Assembly (NCBI RefSeq): GCF_001194135.2
Contig: NC_068992.1
Location: 13,834,101 to 13,869,795 of the forward strand
Direction of reading: 5' to 3'
Source: Octopus bimaculoides
Lineage: Eukaryota
DNA: 35,695 nucleotides
Numbering within the stretch: the stretch's first letter is position 1; each line of letters opens with the position of its first letter. Both the position numbers and the translations under genes were made by a program. The notes beneath the pieces are model-generated. The model was not told where the DNA came from, did no database searches, and worked only from the letters and a program-made list of their open reading frames with translations. Shown piece by piece: positions 1-13,175 of this stretch.

Positions 1-87
1 ATATATACATACATATGTATGTATATATATATATATATACATACATATACACATTTATACATATATGTAAGTATATATATATATACA

Positions 88-125
<38 letters not shown>

Positions 126-588
126 TAGATGCGTATGTGTGTGTGTTCATAAATGTCTTATGTAGTTGTGTGTGTGTATACATATATATATATTCACAAA
201 TAACTTATATATCTATGCATATGTGTGTGTGTGTATTTACGTTCACACACATATATGTAGACCCATATATCTGAGTATGTATAATTACATGCCACATACA
301 CACGATCAGGTCTATATGTGTGTGTATCTGCTTCTGCATGTTATGTGAGCGGTGAGTGTGTGCATGTGATGTGTTCCTGTGCACTTCACATTATGCAGTG
401 TCTCCAGTGGTTGTAGTTCTGCATTTGTATATATGTATTCGTGAATGTTGGATAAATTATATTCTATGCAAGTCCACTTCATAGATTCACCCTATCTGAA
501 TTCAAATTACATAATATGCATATAGTTATGTGTGCGTGTCTATGTATACATATATACATATGTGTGTGTGTGTGTGTTTGAGTTTGGA

Positions 589-661
<73 letters not shown>

Positions 662-1029
662 GCATGTATGTACATATATCTACGCATCTATATATGTAGT
701 TATATATGTAAAGATATGTGCGTATATATAGATATTTTAGATAAATATATATTTATATATATGCATATATACATTTGCATATATCTACATAAATGAATAC
801 ACACACACATACATACATATATATATACGTCTGTGGATTCTTTTAACTGTTTTGCTCTATGTTTCAATGAATAATATAATGATATTTGGTGTATGAATAT
901 TACAGACATACACATATATATATATATATATACATATATATCCGTTTGTATATATATGAATGTATATATGTAGATATGTATAAAACTCCCATATGTGTTA
1001 ACATTTGTGTACGTGTAAATAACATCGTA

Positions 1030-1060
<31 letters not shown>
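1..1060. repeat. Low-complexity (TA)n/(TG)n/(TATG)n mosaic
   Basis: Dinucleotide and tetranucleotide runs are visible, for example perfect (TA)n at ~593-648. ORFs here translate to YI/CV repeats. Boundaries are approximate. Confidence 0.9.
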
Positions 1061-1444
1061 NNNNNNNNNNNNNNNNNNNNNNNNNNNNNNNNNNNNNNNN
1101 NNNNNNNNNNNNNNNNNNNNNNNNNNNNNNNNNNNNNNNNNNNNNNNNNNNNNNNNNNNNNNNNNNNNNNNNNNNNNNNNNNNNNNNNNNNNNNNNNNNN
1201 NNNNNNNNNNNNNNNNNNNNNNNNNNNNNNNNNNNNNNNNNNNNNNNNNNNNNNNNNNNNNNNNNNNNNNNNNNNNNNNNNNNNNNNNNNNNNNNNNNNN
1301 NNNNNNNNNNNNNNNNNNNNNNNNNNNNNNNNNNNNNNNNNNNNNNNNNNNNNNNNNNNNNNNNNNNNNNNNNNNNNNNNNNNNNNNNNNNNNNNNNNNN
1401 NNNNNNNNNNNNNNNNNNNNNNNNNNNNNNNNNNNNNNNNNNNN
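1061..1444. other. Assembly gap (N run)
   Basis: Run of N read directly, with (TA)n on its left flank. Confidence 0.99.
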
Positions 1445-1690
1445 ATTCATATATTCATAAAAACGCACATAGAAATATACATAATACTCGTATTCATTAT
1501 CCACCGTACAAACATACACATTCACAAACTCACTCGCACACATCACGCATACACACATACACGCACACACCCGCACATTAATATATACACAGACGTGTGT
1601 GTGTGCATGCATATATATATATATATATATCATTAAGTATGTAATATATACGTATATCAGTATTATATATGATGTATAGGATTGTGTATG

Positions 1691-1780
<90 letters not shown>

Positions 1781-1881
1781 TGTATGTATGTATGTATGTA
1801 TGTATGCATGTAAGTATGTATGTATGTATGTATGTATGTATGTATGTAGGTGTGTATGTCTGTCTGTATGTATGTATGTAT
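1691..1881. repeat. Compound microsatellite (TA)n-(TATG)n
   Basis: Read directly. Confidence 0.95.
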
Positions 1882-2664
1882 AGACGCGCGTGTGATTCTC
1901 TATATTCATTCATCATAACAGAACCAAAAATGAAAAATAGACCTTTTCAATGAGAAGGTTACACATGGGTACATGAAATTAATAATACCGATCCTGGAGA
2001 GAATATATTAAAGCCTATAAGAGTGTATCGATATGCGGATAATATCTCATATTAGTAGTCATCTTCGTTTCATCCCTGAACATGAAAATCTGACCAATTA
2101 CATTTTGGGCAATGTAACAGAAATACGAATCAGACGGTAATAGATATTTTAAGTTATGCAAACCGTAAAGTGTAGGAATATGTGTTATCATTGTCATTTT
2201 CTGATAGAATTTTCTCAAGATAGTTCCTTTTAGTGTGACTTAATATGCTTGCCAGGGCAATCTTGATTATAGTAAGAAATATAAAATTGAAAATAACTAA
2301 AAGAGGTGAACAGTGCGAGGTTGATAAATACGTTGGAAAAAATATTTAAACAAACAAAGGTAACTAAAACAAAATGTACCTTGTATTTTTTCGTCCAGTG
2401 CATAGATTGAGAAAATAAGCGTGTGCCCTGTTCAGACATTGGCTATTCATTTGGAAGCAATATGATGAGAAAATGGAGGATAAATGGGGCATCAATAGGT
2501 CATTGAGAAGAAATGTGCCAACCTTATTTCCAAACCGTAGCATCCCTCTCATCCCGACTGTAACATCGCGAACAAGTGTCTAAAGAGATGTAGCTCCATA
2601 TTTTATATCATCACTGTATCGAGAAACACAAAATGCATACCTATTTCAATATGTATAGAATGAA

Positions 2665-2737
2665 TGGATGGATGAAGTGACGGATGGATGGATGGATGGA
2701 TGGATGGATGGATGGATGGACGGATGCATGGATGGAT
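2665..2737. repeat. (GGAT)n microsatellite
   Basis: Read directly, with a few interrupted units. Confidence 0.95.
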
Positions 2738-2860
2738 AATATGAGGAAAGCATAAAAACATATCACTTTAAAAAATATTGCCTGTTAAGTAAATTTCCTG
2801 TCATTGCTCCACCGACAAAATTTGATCAAAACGAGAATACACATGCTTGCTTACAGACGT

Positions 2861-2947
2861 ATATACATATATGCTGGGTATATACATATATGCTGGGTAT
2901 ATACATATATGCTGGGTATATACATATATGCTGGGTATATACATATA
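2861..2947. repeat. 19-bp minisatellite ATATACATATATGCTGGGT, 4 perfect copies plus a partial fifth
   Basis: Identical units start at 2861, 2880, 2899 and 2918, and a partial unit starts at 2937. Confidence 0.95.
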
Positions 2948-4760
2948 CGCATATAAGAAATAATATTTGAATACACAGTTCATGTTTATGTATTTAAAAA
3001 TACATAAACATGTACATAGAATGGCCATTCCTTCGAATGTAAATAAAAGATAGTTACACATCTTTCTACAGCAGGATACAGTTTATAACGTTTATGATGT
3101 ATCATTAATGATAACACTTGCGCTCCAGCACCTGTTTCAAAAGGATCTCCTGGTATACGACAGCGTGTCTTCATTTTGCTCAGTCATAGATTACGGAAGC
3201 ATGGTTTACCTCTAACTTACTTTTTATTTATTCTCCCAAAAGCCTATTTTCTCTGAAGTTCTCTTTCTGTCTCTTTTTACCCTCTCTTCCGCTTCCTTTC
3301 TTCCATTCTTTGCATCTCTCTAACTCCTCAAATACGTAACTTACACTTGCTCACTGTGTTGTTCAGTTAGGAGAAAATGTCTCTATATTATTATCTATAT
3401 TTTTAAAAAATGATGCTTTTGATGATAAATCTAGGGTTGTTTTTAATATATATATTGTCTTGACTTTAGATAAGGGTGGCCTATCCGAGATTTGACAGTA
3501 GTGACCAGTATTCTAGCTCTAAATACCAAAACATGGTGATAGATCATGTATCGATCGGGATAATTCTTGTATAGAACATTACTATATATCTTGTCTATGC
3601 TCCAGAGCAAAGACGGTTTTAGCGTTTGGAATTCAGCGGTTAATTCAAAAATATATTGCAAACTAATTTTTAACAAATATAACAAGACTATAGCTTACTA
3701 GATCACAATGGAGTATTGGTTTCGAGGAAATATTGATTTCTTGCGGTATTTTCTTCTTTATTTATGTCTTTTTTTTATTTTTGGAATCATTGCTTCTGAT
3801 TTTAGTGTCTCTTTTGTTTCTTTATTTAAAACATATTTTCCTATTCTTTCATTTGTCATAGCGCAGCTAAATTTAATGACCCGTTCCGATGTTCGAATCA
3901 TGAATTGAGGTTTTGAAGTTAAATCTAATTTATAAATTGCAACTCCTTACAAGCCCCATATATCTCAATCAAATAACGACGGGCAAACAATATTTTTCAA
4001 AGATTTATAGATGTCGTCCCTTTCAAAAAAAAAAACTTTTAAAACCTCATTTCTTGTTCTCAAACGATATAAAGGAATTTATATGGTTGGCGTTTTTCAC
4101 AATGAACACATCTGATGTTTTTGAAAATGTTTTACTAGTCATTAATCTGTGGAGTTATTCTAGTAATTTTTTATACATTTTTTGTGAGTGGCAGTAAATA
4201 ACGGAATACAAAAGTTGAAATATATTGAAACTCAGATAGGAGAATAGGTTGCCAATGAAATTTCATACACAACTGCAGCGCATATATAGGTCTATATACG
4301 TATACGTTTGAATGTGTATTTGTGTCTAAGAGTGTGCGCGTGCATATATCTGATTTTAAGTCTGTTAACTTGAGCGTGTGTGTGTGTATCTTTGTGTTTG
4401 AGTAGTTTTATTTATGAAGCCATGAATGTTTAAGCATATATAATTAATTATGCATTCATAGAGGAAACAGGAGTTTGTTTGCTTTCTCCATGCTCACCTT
4501 CCTACATTTACTTGGCTGTGCAATATAGAATTTTTGGACATATTTTCGAGGAAATTTTTCAAACATAGGCTTACCACAAATTTATATAGAGAGATTGTTA
4601 CCCATAACACTTTATTCTAGTACTGTAATGAATGTATATCTGCATGACTATTAACAAACCAGAAATCATGCTACATCTATGAAAAAAATATCCCTCGCTA
4701 ACCACTTCCAAACTGTCTATGCCAATTCACATTTTTGTGACATGCATATATCTGTTTCAT

Positions 4761-5885
4761 TCAGCAGTTTTATGGTGAAATTCTTATAGGCATACAAACA
4801 CACTTTTTGTCCTAAATCCACTCTATCATTTCCTTTTCGAAATCTTACTGCGCGTGTTCCTGGAACTATAAAAACCAGAGAAGCTAATATTACCTATAAT
4901 TTCTTTGTAGATTATCTATATTTACCATCCTGAATAGCAGCTCTATTTAATGACAACACTTTCCGCTAATATGAAGTTGGACTTTAACCAAAATAAATGT
5001 TCATATTTATTACTGGAACGTGGAAAAACTGTTCCTCAAACACTAAATGGTTGAATGATTTGATTCTCTATCTACTTTGTCCCACAAAACGAGTGCTATA
5101 ACATCAAGGCAATGATGAATATATACTATACAAATGTATTAGTACAAAGAAAGATACAATAAAGGAAAATATTATACTTGACTTAAAAAATATATTGGTA
5201 TCAGCGCTTTCCACTTATAACAAGAAATATTCTACAATCCATTTGCAGTGTTATTACTCACTAAGATGCTGGATACTCGACAGATCTATTGAGGAAAACC
5301 ATTCTGTATATATTCAAATATCCAAGATGTTGACATCGGTTGCATGATTTCATAAAAACAGATTCAGTTTCAGGTAAAAAGAAGAAGGAATATGCTTGAG
5401 ATTAGAACATACAGCCTTCAAGTATCGCGTATCACATTCAAAACATGAGGATACCACCTGCAAAGCAATAATAGTAAAAGTAATGCATCAATAAATTATT
5501 TAAAATGAAATGAATAACATTCCGCGAATCTGTATTGAACTCTTCACTTAGAACTCCCTGATAATCTACCTTATGAGACGACTGGGACAGGATTAGGATA
5601 TCTCAGCAAAGACTCAGAAGAGAGAGTCGCTGCATAGCACAAAATGGTTATGTATTGATATATGTTCTGTGAACTTGAAGATGATAGGATTAACACGAGC
5701 TGTATCAGTTTATGTCCTTGTGACTGCTATTTATGCCCCATATTTTGTAATACAAGAGCAGGATATAACTATGAAGCGGGGCAGCAAAACCTTTAAACTT
5801 AAAGATGTAACCGCTTATGTCAGTTATGTCACTCTTCTAAAAAAAAAAAAGCGTAATACATATAGTCAGCAGCTGTCCCAAAATC
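4761..5885 (+). mobile_element. Degenerate non-LTR retrotransposon remnant, R4/Dong-like (RT C-terminal half to CCHC knuckle)
   Basis: Hand translation across frameshifts gives collinear motifs. QQFYGEIL (~4762) resembles RGIFQGDSL. LFVLNPL (4803-4823). NITYNFFVDYL (~4886-4918) resembles ISHLLYMDDL. MKLDFNQNKCSYLLLERGK (4971-) resembles MEFGLDKC..L.LKRGK. QGNDEYILY..KKDTIKENII..LVSALSTYNK..WILDRSIEE..KMLT (~5105-5340). RFSFR*KEEG (~5360-5390) resembles RLYLPRKEGG. FVIQEQDIT (~5744) resembles FAIQEQ. CQLCHSS..IHIVSSCPK (5818-5882) is a CCHC knuckle split by a frameshift in a poly-A run. The reference motifs are recalled from R4/Dong-type elements and were not database-checked. Confidence 0.75.
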
Positions 5886-7365
5886 TTCACATCTGCAGGG
5901 AAGCCAACTTTATTGAACTTCATTTCTGATCTTAATAACAGTATGAGATCTGTTATGTTTGGCAGAAGCTTTGAATGGCATGCTCTTTCGATATCCCTTG
6001 TTTTGATACAAAAGTACGCATTCAATAGTAAAGGTCCTGTTTAAATTTAGCAACGGGCATCTTCTTTTTCGGTAGGTGGTTGCCGGAACGTTTGCCATCG
6101 ACCATTAAATTAAAGTTACAAAACGTATTTATCTGATGGTGTAGATTTAGAGAAATACGGAAGAACATGTTTTTCGTCATAATTTTTCCCTATTTTCTTC
6201 TTCGTTTGGCATATCTGAATATATTTCCAGCATTTCATACTTTAACATATCCAGTATATTGCTGATTATCATATCTGCTATTTCAGGATAATCTAATTTA
6301 ATCACTGGCTGTATACTCGTCTGAAGCACATAACCGAAATCAACCACATTCACAACTGTATAGGCTTACCATTGTTCCTTTATGATATTGCATATACACG
6401 ATTAAATATAAGGAGCGATGCAGGTAGAAATATGACGAGTTGATAGTAATTTATAAACTACATAGCAATTGAGATATCCTAAACAGCTGACATTGCAAAT
6501 GTTTGTTGAAATATAAAACTGTCTAATGACTTGAAACAACACTCATTTAAAGCGCTAGAACCAAAGTAAACTATGTTTAATAGTACGATACGTTTACTGA
6601 GAGTGAACAGTTGTTTGTCTAATTGGTAACACCAATTCTTTAAGGCCAAATGTACTCTACAATTGGGCCTAAAACTACTTATGAATTGGAGTGCGAAATA
6701 CAATGTATATAGATATAAAACAACGTGATTATTAATCTACAATCTTATTATGTTAAAAAGTCTAACGTTTCGATACTATTAATTTGACATTGCCTTGTTT
6801 CGATGGGAAAATAAGCGGGGAAAAATGCTGTAAATACAGGCAAATAACAGCATAAATACATATATATATATATATATATATATATNNNNNNNNNNATATA
6901 TATGTATGTATGTATGTATGTATGCTCACACACATTTCCATTCAACTGAATTTGTTCAAAAGATGCCAATTATACGGAATTCTATAGTACAATATATTTT
7001 TTCCCTTATTCTATTAACATCATTAATGACTGAGTATGTTTCGTTTGGATAAGCCTCTCTCGCAAAATGAAAAACAAACCAGGCACACATATATGAATAC
7101 AAGTGCAACCATATTTCTCCCCTTTGGTAATAATATTTGAAAGCTTTGTGCAATAATCGCCCATATGAAAGTTCTATCTATAATTAATATGGACACTGCA
7201 AAGGATTTCTTCAGAAAGGAATAAGAGGGGAAAAAAAATAATATAAAAGACGGCGGTTTCAGAGATAATGTAATAGGGAATGAAGAAATATATTTGGCAC
7301 TGAAATAAGACGTAGGTAGCTCTGTGGATATATTTAATGATATAAATTTGAATACCGATTCTTAC

Positions 7366-7516
7366 CAACTACATCGAATAATATATGAGCCGATGAGTAT
7401 GTAGGCTCAGATTTATGATTATTATTGTTATTATTATCGTTGTTGTTATTCTTATTATTTTTGTTGTGTTTAATGCTGTGTTCTGATTGTTGTTGTTGTT
7501 GTATTGGAGGAGACAT
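7366..7516 (-). CDS. Candidate first coding exon (Q/N-rich N-terminus, product unknown)
   Basis: AAAATG start context, then 50 codons MSPPIQQQQQSEHSIKHNKNNKNNNNDNNNNNNHKSEPTYSSAHILFDVV plus 1 nt, then a strong donor G|GTAAGA (7365-7360). No downstream exon or homolog was identified, and much of the frame is a decayed (AAT/AAC)n repeat. Confidence 0.3.
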
Positions 7517-10500
7517 TTTATATTCATTTCATATGCGTGCATTCATTGCACTTCCAAGCACAGAGTCTTGTAACTGGTGTATGTGCCGTGTTCACCTTGT
7601 GCCATGCACTTTGTGCTTATGAGTAAATTCTGGAGATTGGTACGATGTATTTGCCTACTATTTTCATATTTATTTAATCGATTTAATCCTCCATGCAAAG
7701 CTGGTAAACAATGACAATGCTAGGATGATATATAATTATCACCTTTGAACAAATGCTTAAATAAAAAAAGAATACAACTGTTAAGAAGGAACAAAACATA
7801 GGAGAATGAATATAGTCACGAATCAATTATGTTTTTTAATTCAATATATTTTTAGAGCACATAATTAGAAAATTTTATTGTTGTTGATGGCTCCTTGTAA
7901 GTAAATTACACCCTTACTTTTGGAAGTATTACTTTCGTGCTTTGTGTATATATGCATGTAATCTATAAACATAAACCATTTGTACCCATGTACATAATTA
8001 GTGAATTGTTGCAAGTATTGAGGAGTGAAGTTCAGATATTTATTTAGATCGATGTCATTTTCCTCAAGTACTAATTATTTGCATCTGGCGACGCTCACTC
8101 CCCATATCCGATCTCCTGCATATTTTCTGGTTCAAATTGAAAGCGCCTATTTCACTACATTTAAACCATGATTGAAGGATACGGTTTTTGTTTTATTTTT
8201 TGTCATTCGGGGTGGGCAGGATCAGTTTGCTGTTGATAAAAACAATGCACCGATTGTTTGTTTTCCTCACCTCACGTCAGATATTATCCACAGCTACGAA
8301 TATTATTTTAGAGTTAATTATACAAAGTAAAATACATTTAACAAGTAGTACACATTTATCTCTAAGAATCTCTCTCATTTGGTTTGTTATGACGTGTTTC
8401 TTTAAATTTATGTTATTGATATATCTTCAGAGCAGTCAAACAACTTTCTTTCATGTTACACTTCAATGTAGTTTACTTTACTGTTAAACCGGAGGTACAT
8501 CTATGCCGTTTTGAGAGATTTGGAGAATCTTGTTTTCTTCTTAAGGCTACAAGTTTAAAAATTAAAATAAAAGCTTTTTATCAAAACGTAGAAAATCAAA
8601 CAGAAACATAGCAGCAACATTGTCATCTGTTCAACAAGAAAAGGAAAAATGGACATTATCCAACAGCGGTAGGTGACTTTGAAACCTAACTTTTGCAACT
8701 TTCGAAATGTAAGCTATCGCCCTTACATGACTTTAACACAAGCACAATCTCAGCTCTCAGAGGCATATCAGTGCATAAAAAATATTTACCCAATCAAGAA
8801 TGTCAATAGTAAATTGATGTAAAGAGGTAAGAAGGGTCTTTCAATTATACCTCCACTACCATCATGAACACTCGCTACACTGCATTATACAGGAACAGAA
8901 AACACTACTATGTAATTCGAAAGGGCATCACGATTGACATGCTAGTGATCAGATAACTCTCGAATTTTGTTTGCAACGAGGTTGCGCTGTCAGTGCTAGG
9001 GTATAGGCACCAAGACAGGAAGTGCATCAGAATAATATGATTGGTACAGTATAGTTTTGGTTTACTTATATTTTATATTTTGTCTCCTGTTAAACAGCTA
9101 ATATGGCAGAAAGTGTAGCAGGCATATAACAAAGTATAAATTTTAAAATATATTTGAATTTCACACACTGTGAAGAATCAAACACATGGAGGAAAACTAC
9201 TATTTCAATGCGATGATGTATTCCATGGATCTCTAATAAGGTTTCAAAATAACAACAATTACTTTGGGCACAGCTGCTTGTTATTGATGTTATTCAAAAA
9301 TCATTCCTATAACTTCACTTTGTTATTTGCCATTTCCTTTTATTGAATTGGAATACACAATGGGATATGTTTCCAGTACATAGTAATATTACTGGGTGCA
9401 TATTGTGTACAGTTTGTAAGTCCTTATGTTTTCCTCATACATTCGTCGGCAAGTGTTGTGTTTATTTTATAATTTTCACAGCATTTATTACCATAAGGTA
9501 CGTTTTACTTTTCACATATATCGTTATTCTAGTAGCGAAGGATTAAGAAATTTCTCAAATAAATAGTTTCGCGATGATAGATTTAAATGACAGCTTTTAC
9601 CCCGCAAAAAAGACTCTTTTTTTTTTTGCAGCACTCTAACAATTCCTGATGGATCTCTACGTCTCAAGATGCAAGTTAAACTGAAATTACTTCCATAATA
9701 GCAATACACATTTTATACAGTCGATCCTTTTCTTTCGAAGTCAAGTATTGTTCGGAATTTCATACCTTCCAGAAATGCGTAAATATCTGAAAAAAATGTG
9801 TTCCACATTGAAATTATATTCATCACATGAGACATTCGTAGGTGACATTTCATTGCAATCAATATTTACCTTTACCAAAATAACTACATGAAAATTACAT
9901 TATTCTCCTGTTCACGAAGATATATTTATTTATATATTACAATTACAAGATAACGCTGCAAAATATGAGGAAATATTCAAAATCTCCCCTAGCATGCAGG
10001 AAAGCCTTATGCAACATGTTACATAACAAGCTTGAAACAAGCATATCAAATTTCTCTAGAAAATAACATTTCTTCCTCACTATTTTATATGTATATTTAT
10101 TTACATTTTACAGGAAATATGTCATTATGAGAAACAAAAGAGCGAGAAACTGTACGAAGCGCAAGAAACAAATATGCGAAGTAACATACATAACTACAAA
10201 TATGAAAACTCATTGATATTAATGCTATTCATGGCATAATCTGGCATTAGAGTAAATAAACAAGAGCCCAACATATGCTGTGAAATGTCTTCTACACAAA
10301 ATAGAAACAAATGAAAGGAAAATATCGCATGTGTCATTAATTTATACACACAATATTATGAAAATAATGTAGGTTTCATCCGTCCATAGCTTTAATAACC
10401 TGGGCCATTGCTTTGGTATAATAATAGCAGACATTTGGTCTGATGATAGATTCTTTACATGCAAAAGATTCATCCCATACAGATCTCAAATGCTGGATTT

Positions 10501-11565
10501 CTTACCCACCAGGTTTCATATTCGGGGAGACTTACAACTGAAATTTATTTGCATATATTTTTGACAACGCCAGGAGAGCACTGTTCTGTATTAAATCTAA
10601 GAATGTGCTCATATATGCCGAGTTGAGAATTTGTTTTGAACAGCTGTGCCAATGCGTGATTCTTGTTGAGACTCTGGACAAGGCTTTTTGCTACATATGT
10701 CACAAAATATCTGTGTTGAGCATATATTTGTGAGTCCAATGTTAAATATGCTGTTTTAATCAAATGCCGGTAATACGATTATACGCAAAATCGTGTTAAT
10801 AACCACAACCAACAAAAATGCATACGTTCATACATACTCGCACACACACATACACTCACACGCGAACGCACACACACATGCACGGGCATTTACACACAGA
10901 CACATATACATACATATATACAGTTCGTCTAAACCATCCTCCTTGCCCTTCGAAGGACACTTTTTATCAACCCCGAAATGATGGAAAGCAAGACTGATCT
11001 AGGCGTGATATGATCTCAGAATAAATGACCTAAGGCATTATATACGAATCTCTAACATATATACGCTCATATACACAAAGAAAAACACACGCACACACAC
11101 ATGCACTTATATAAGATTGCATTTCATAAGATAATATATAACATTTTGTTATATAACAACTTAGGAAAATTTATGAATATCAACCAAAATACTGACTGTT
11201 ATAAATCCCAATTCCTATTTGAGATACTTCCGTCTCTCGTTCAGTTCTTTCTTCTTTGGGAAAATATCACGAATATTAATGAATTGTGCGACTGTCTTGG
11301 CGAATGAATATCATTTTGTAAGTGATTTCATCTTTGATAGCCATAATTATGAAAGTATCAAGATTTCTCTCAAAGAAGACAACTGAAGCCTATATACACT
11401 TGCATTCAGAATGAGTGCTCTTGCAGACACCTCTATATGTATATATGTAAATATATAAATATAAATTATATATATATATATATATACATATATATTGCTG
11501 GCTTTATGGATATAATAGAAAGCATTATATGAATAAATGTATATTCCATATATTTATACGTTACA

Positions 11566-11569
<4 letters not shown>

Positions 11570-11655
<86 letters not shown>
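11570..11655. repeat. (AC)n-(AT)n compound microsatellite
   Basis: Read directly. Confidence 0.95.
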
Positions 11656-11658
<3 letters not shown>

Positions 11659-12188
11659 ACAGAAAAGGATGAGTTTCGATTATCCCCACGTGGTGAGTTG
11701 TAATATATATGAGAAATGCACACACTTTACATAGTTTTAGTATAATTTTTAATATATCGACCGGTTTCGCTATTTATGACATTGAGATTTAATTATTCAA
11801 ATACGTATTTTCTTAAGAAGAAATTTTGTGGTCCATGTTGTGTGTGATATTTTTGAAAGAATGGTACAACCAGTAGAAATAGTAAGGGGAGGTAATTGGT
11901 TATCGTTATTATTGTTATTATTGTGAGCATGGGAGATAACTTTTCAGTTTTCGCTAAGAGGCGGAATATATATATATATATATACAAAAATTCGAAAACT
12001 AGTTTAGTGGGGAGATGTATGTTCAGTGACGTAATTGTGAATTAAGATATGTAGAGATCAAAGTTGGTTATGCGTGTATATTTAGATGCGTGCTGTATTT
12101 TCCGATGAAGAAAGTTCCTTTATTTAGACGTTCCTGTAGAGAAATTGTATCTTTACATTGGTAGAAGGGTTTTTTTTTTCCTGCATAT

Positions 12189-12245
12189 CAGCTGGTACTC
12201 ATTTTGTCGACATCAAAATGATGTAAGACAAAGTCGACCCCAGCG
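12189..12245 (-). mobile_element. SINE family A internal fragment
   Basis: CAGCTGGTACTCATTTTGTCGAC..AAAGTCGACC matches the internal part of the minus-strand copy at 15661-15838. Confidence 0.6.
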
Positions 12246-12898
12246 CAACATAAAATAACGAAATGCAGCTGTGCATTTTGCATTCCTCTCCCACCTTTCA
12301 TGAACTTAATATATTCCCCAGTGATTTAGTGATATTTTTTTCCGCATACAAATCAAAGTTGCATATTTTAGTGTAGTGAAGAGTCAATTTCATTGACGGC
12401 AGCAGTTTCTTGCCACTCAGTGTATTAAGCTTCTGAGGTAGAAAACATTAAAGTCAATATCAAAAGTATTTGAGTTGAAAATTCAGTTCTTAATATTTCT
12501 GCTGCTAACTACTTCCAGTTGGTAGTGATTTCTCAGTTTAACACTATACTGAAACTAATGTAGCTTGGTATAGTCGTGTAACCCAAATCAAAGTAATACT
12601 GTGATTTTCGTTTTAGGTATATAAATGTCCTATTAACCTCAAAGTCTGGCCTAACTGGATTTGAAAGCAGAATATAAAATGGCCGATATATATTCTCGCG
12701 CTGCAAGTTGTCAGACGATTTAGATTGTTTATAAAAAATGCAACAATCAATATCACGATGGATCATCTGTATACGGCCGTAAAATTGTCAGATTTGCTTT
12801 TTTTCAGGATTTCATTATTCTTTCAGATGTCTATAAAAGAAGTTTTAATTTTAACAATGTAAAATAAGTATTATTAGCTAAGTACTTCGTCTAAAGAC

Positions 12899-13175
12899 AG
12901 CGAGTTGGTAGAATCGTTAGCTCGTCCAGCTCTTTAAGTTGTGACTTCAAACTCAGCCGAGTTCAGCTTTGTCTTTCATCCCTTCGGGGGACGATAGAAT
13001 AACATGAGTTTCAATATCTAAATATAATTCACGAATTATCAAATATAGTTAGCTAGATGAAGAATATCAAATATTTATAATAATCAATATATTGATTACA
13101 TCGATTCCACTACTTGAGAAGTACTGGGGTCGATGTAATCGAATTGTCTCACAAAGCCCACCTCCCCAAAATTGA
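12899..13175 (+). mobile_element. SINE family A copy split by an insertion at 13004-13117
   Basis: The head AGCGAGTTGGTAGAATCGTTAGC runs to CTTTCATCCCTTCGGGGGACGATAGAATAA at ~13002. The body resumes with AGTACTGGGGTCGATGTAATCGA at 13120. It matches the other copies in the window. Confidence 0.75.

Noticed and set aside
166-1953. YI/CV/HT-repeat ORFs, and similar ORFs at 19340-20382, 24381-24900, 26669-27041 and 33030-33404
   Set aside because: They are translations of microsatellites and N-runs.
2015-2560. Coding-like fragments (IPTLYGL, resembling Penelope RT; NVPTLFP, resembling a THAP end)
   Set aside because: These are isolated short similarities on opposite strands with no supporting neighbouring motifs.
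2986-3174. Minus-strand ORF with FETGAGAQVLSLM, loosely like methyltransferase motif I; also a possible 81-nt plus-strand exon at ~3071-3151
   Set aside because: There is only a single short resemblance and no other methyltransferase motifs. The donor for the plus-strand exon is weak.
10545-10763. 72-aa ORF, and a CDICSK zinc-finger-like word in another frame
   Set aside because: There is no complete finger, no splice support and no recognisable family.
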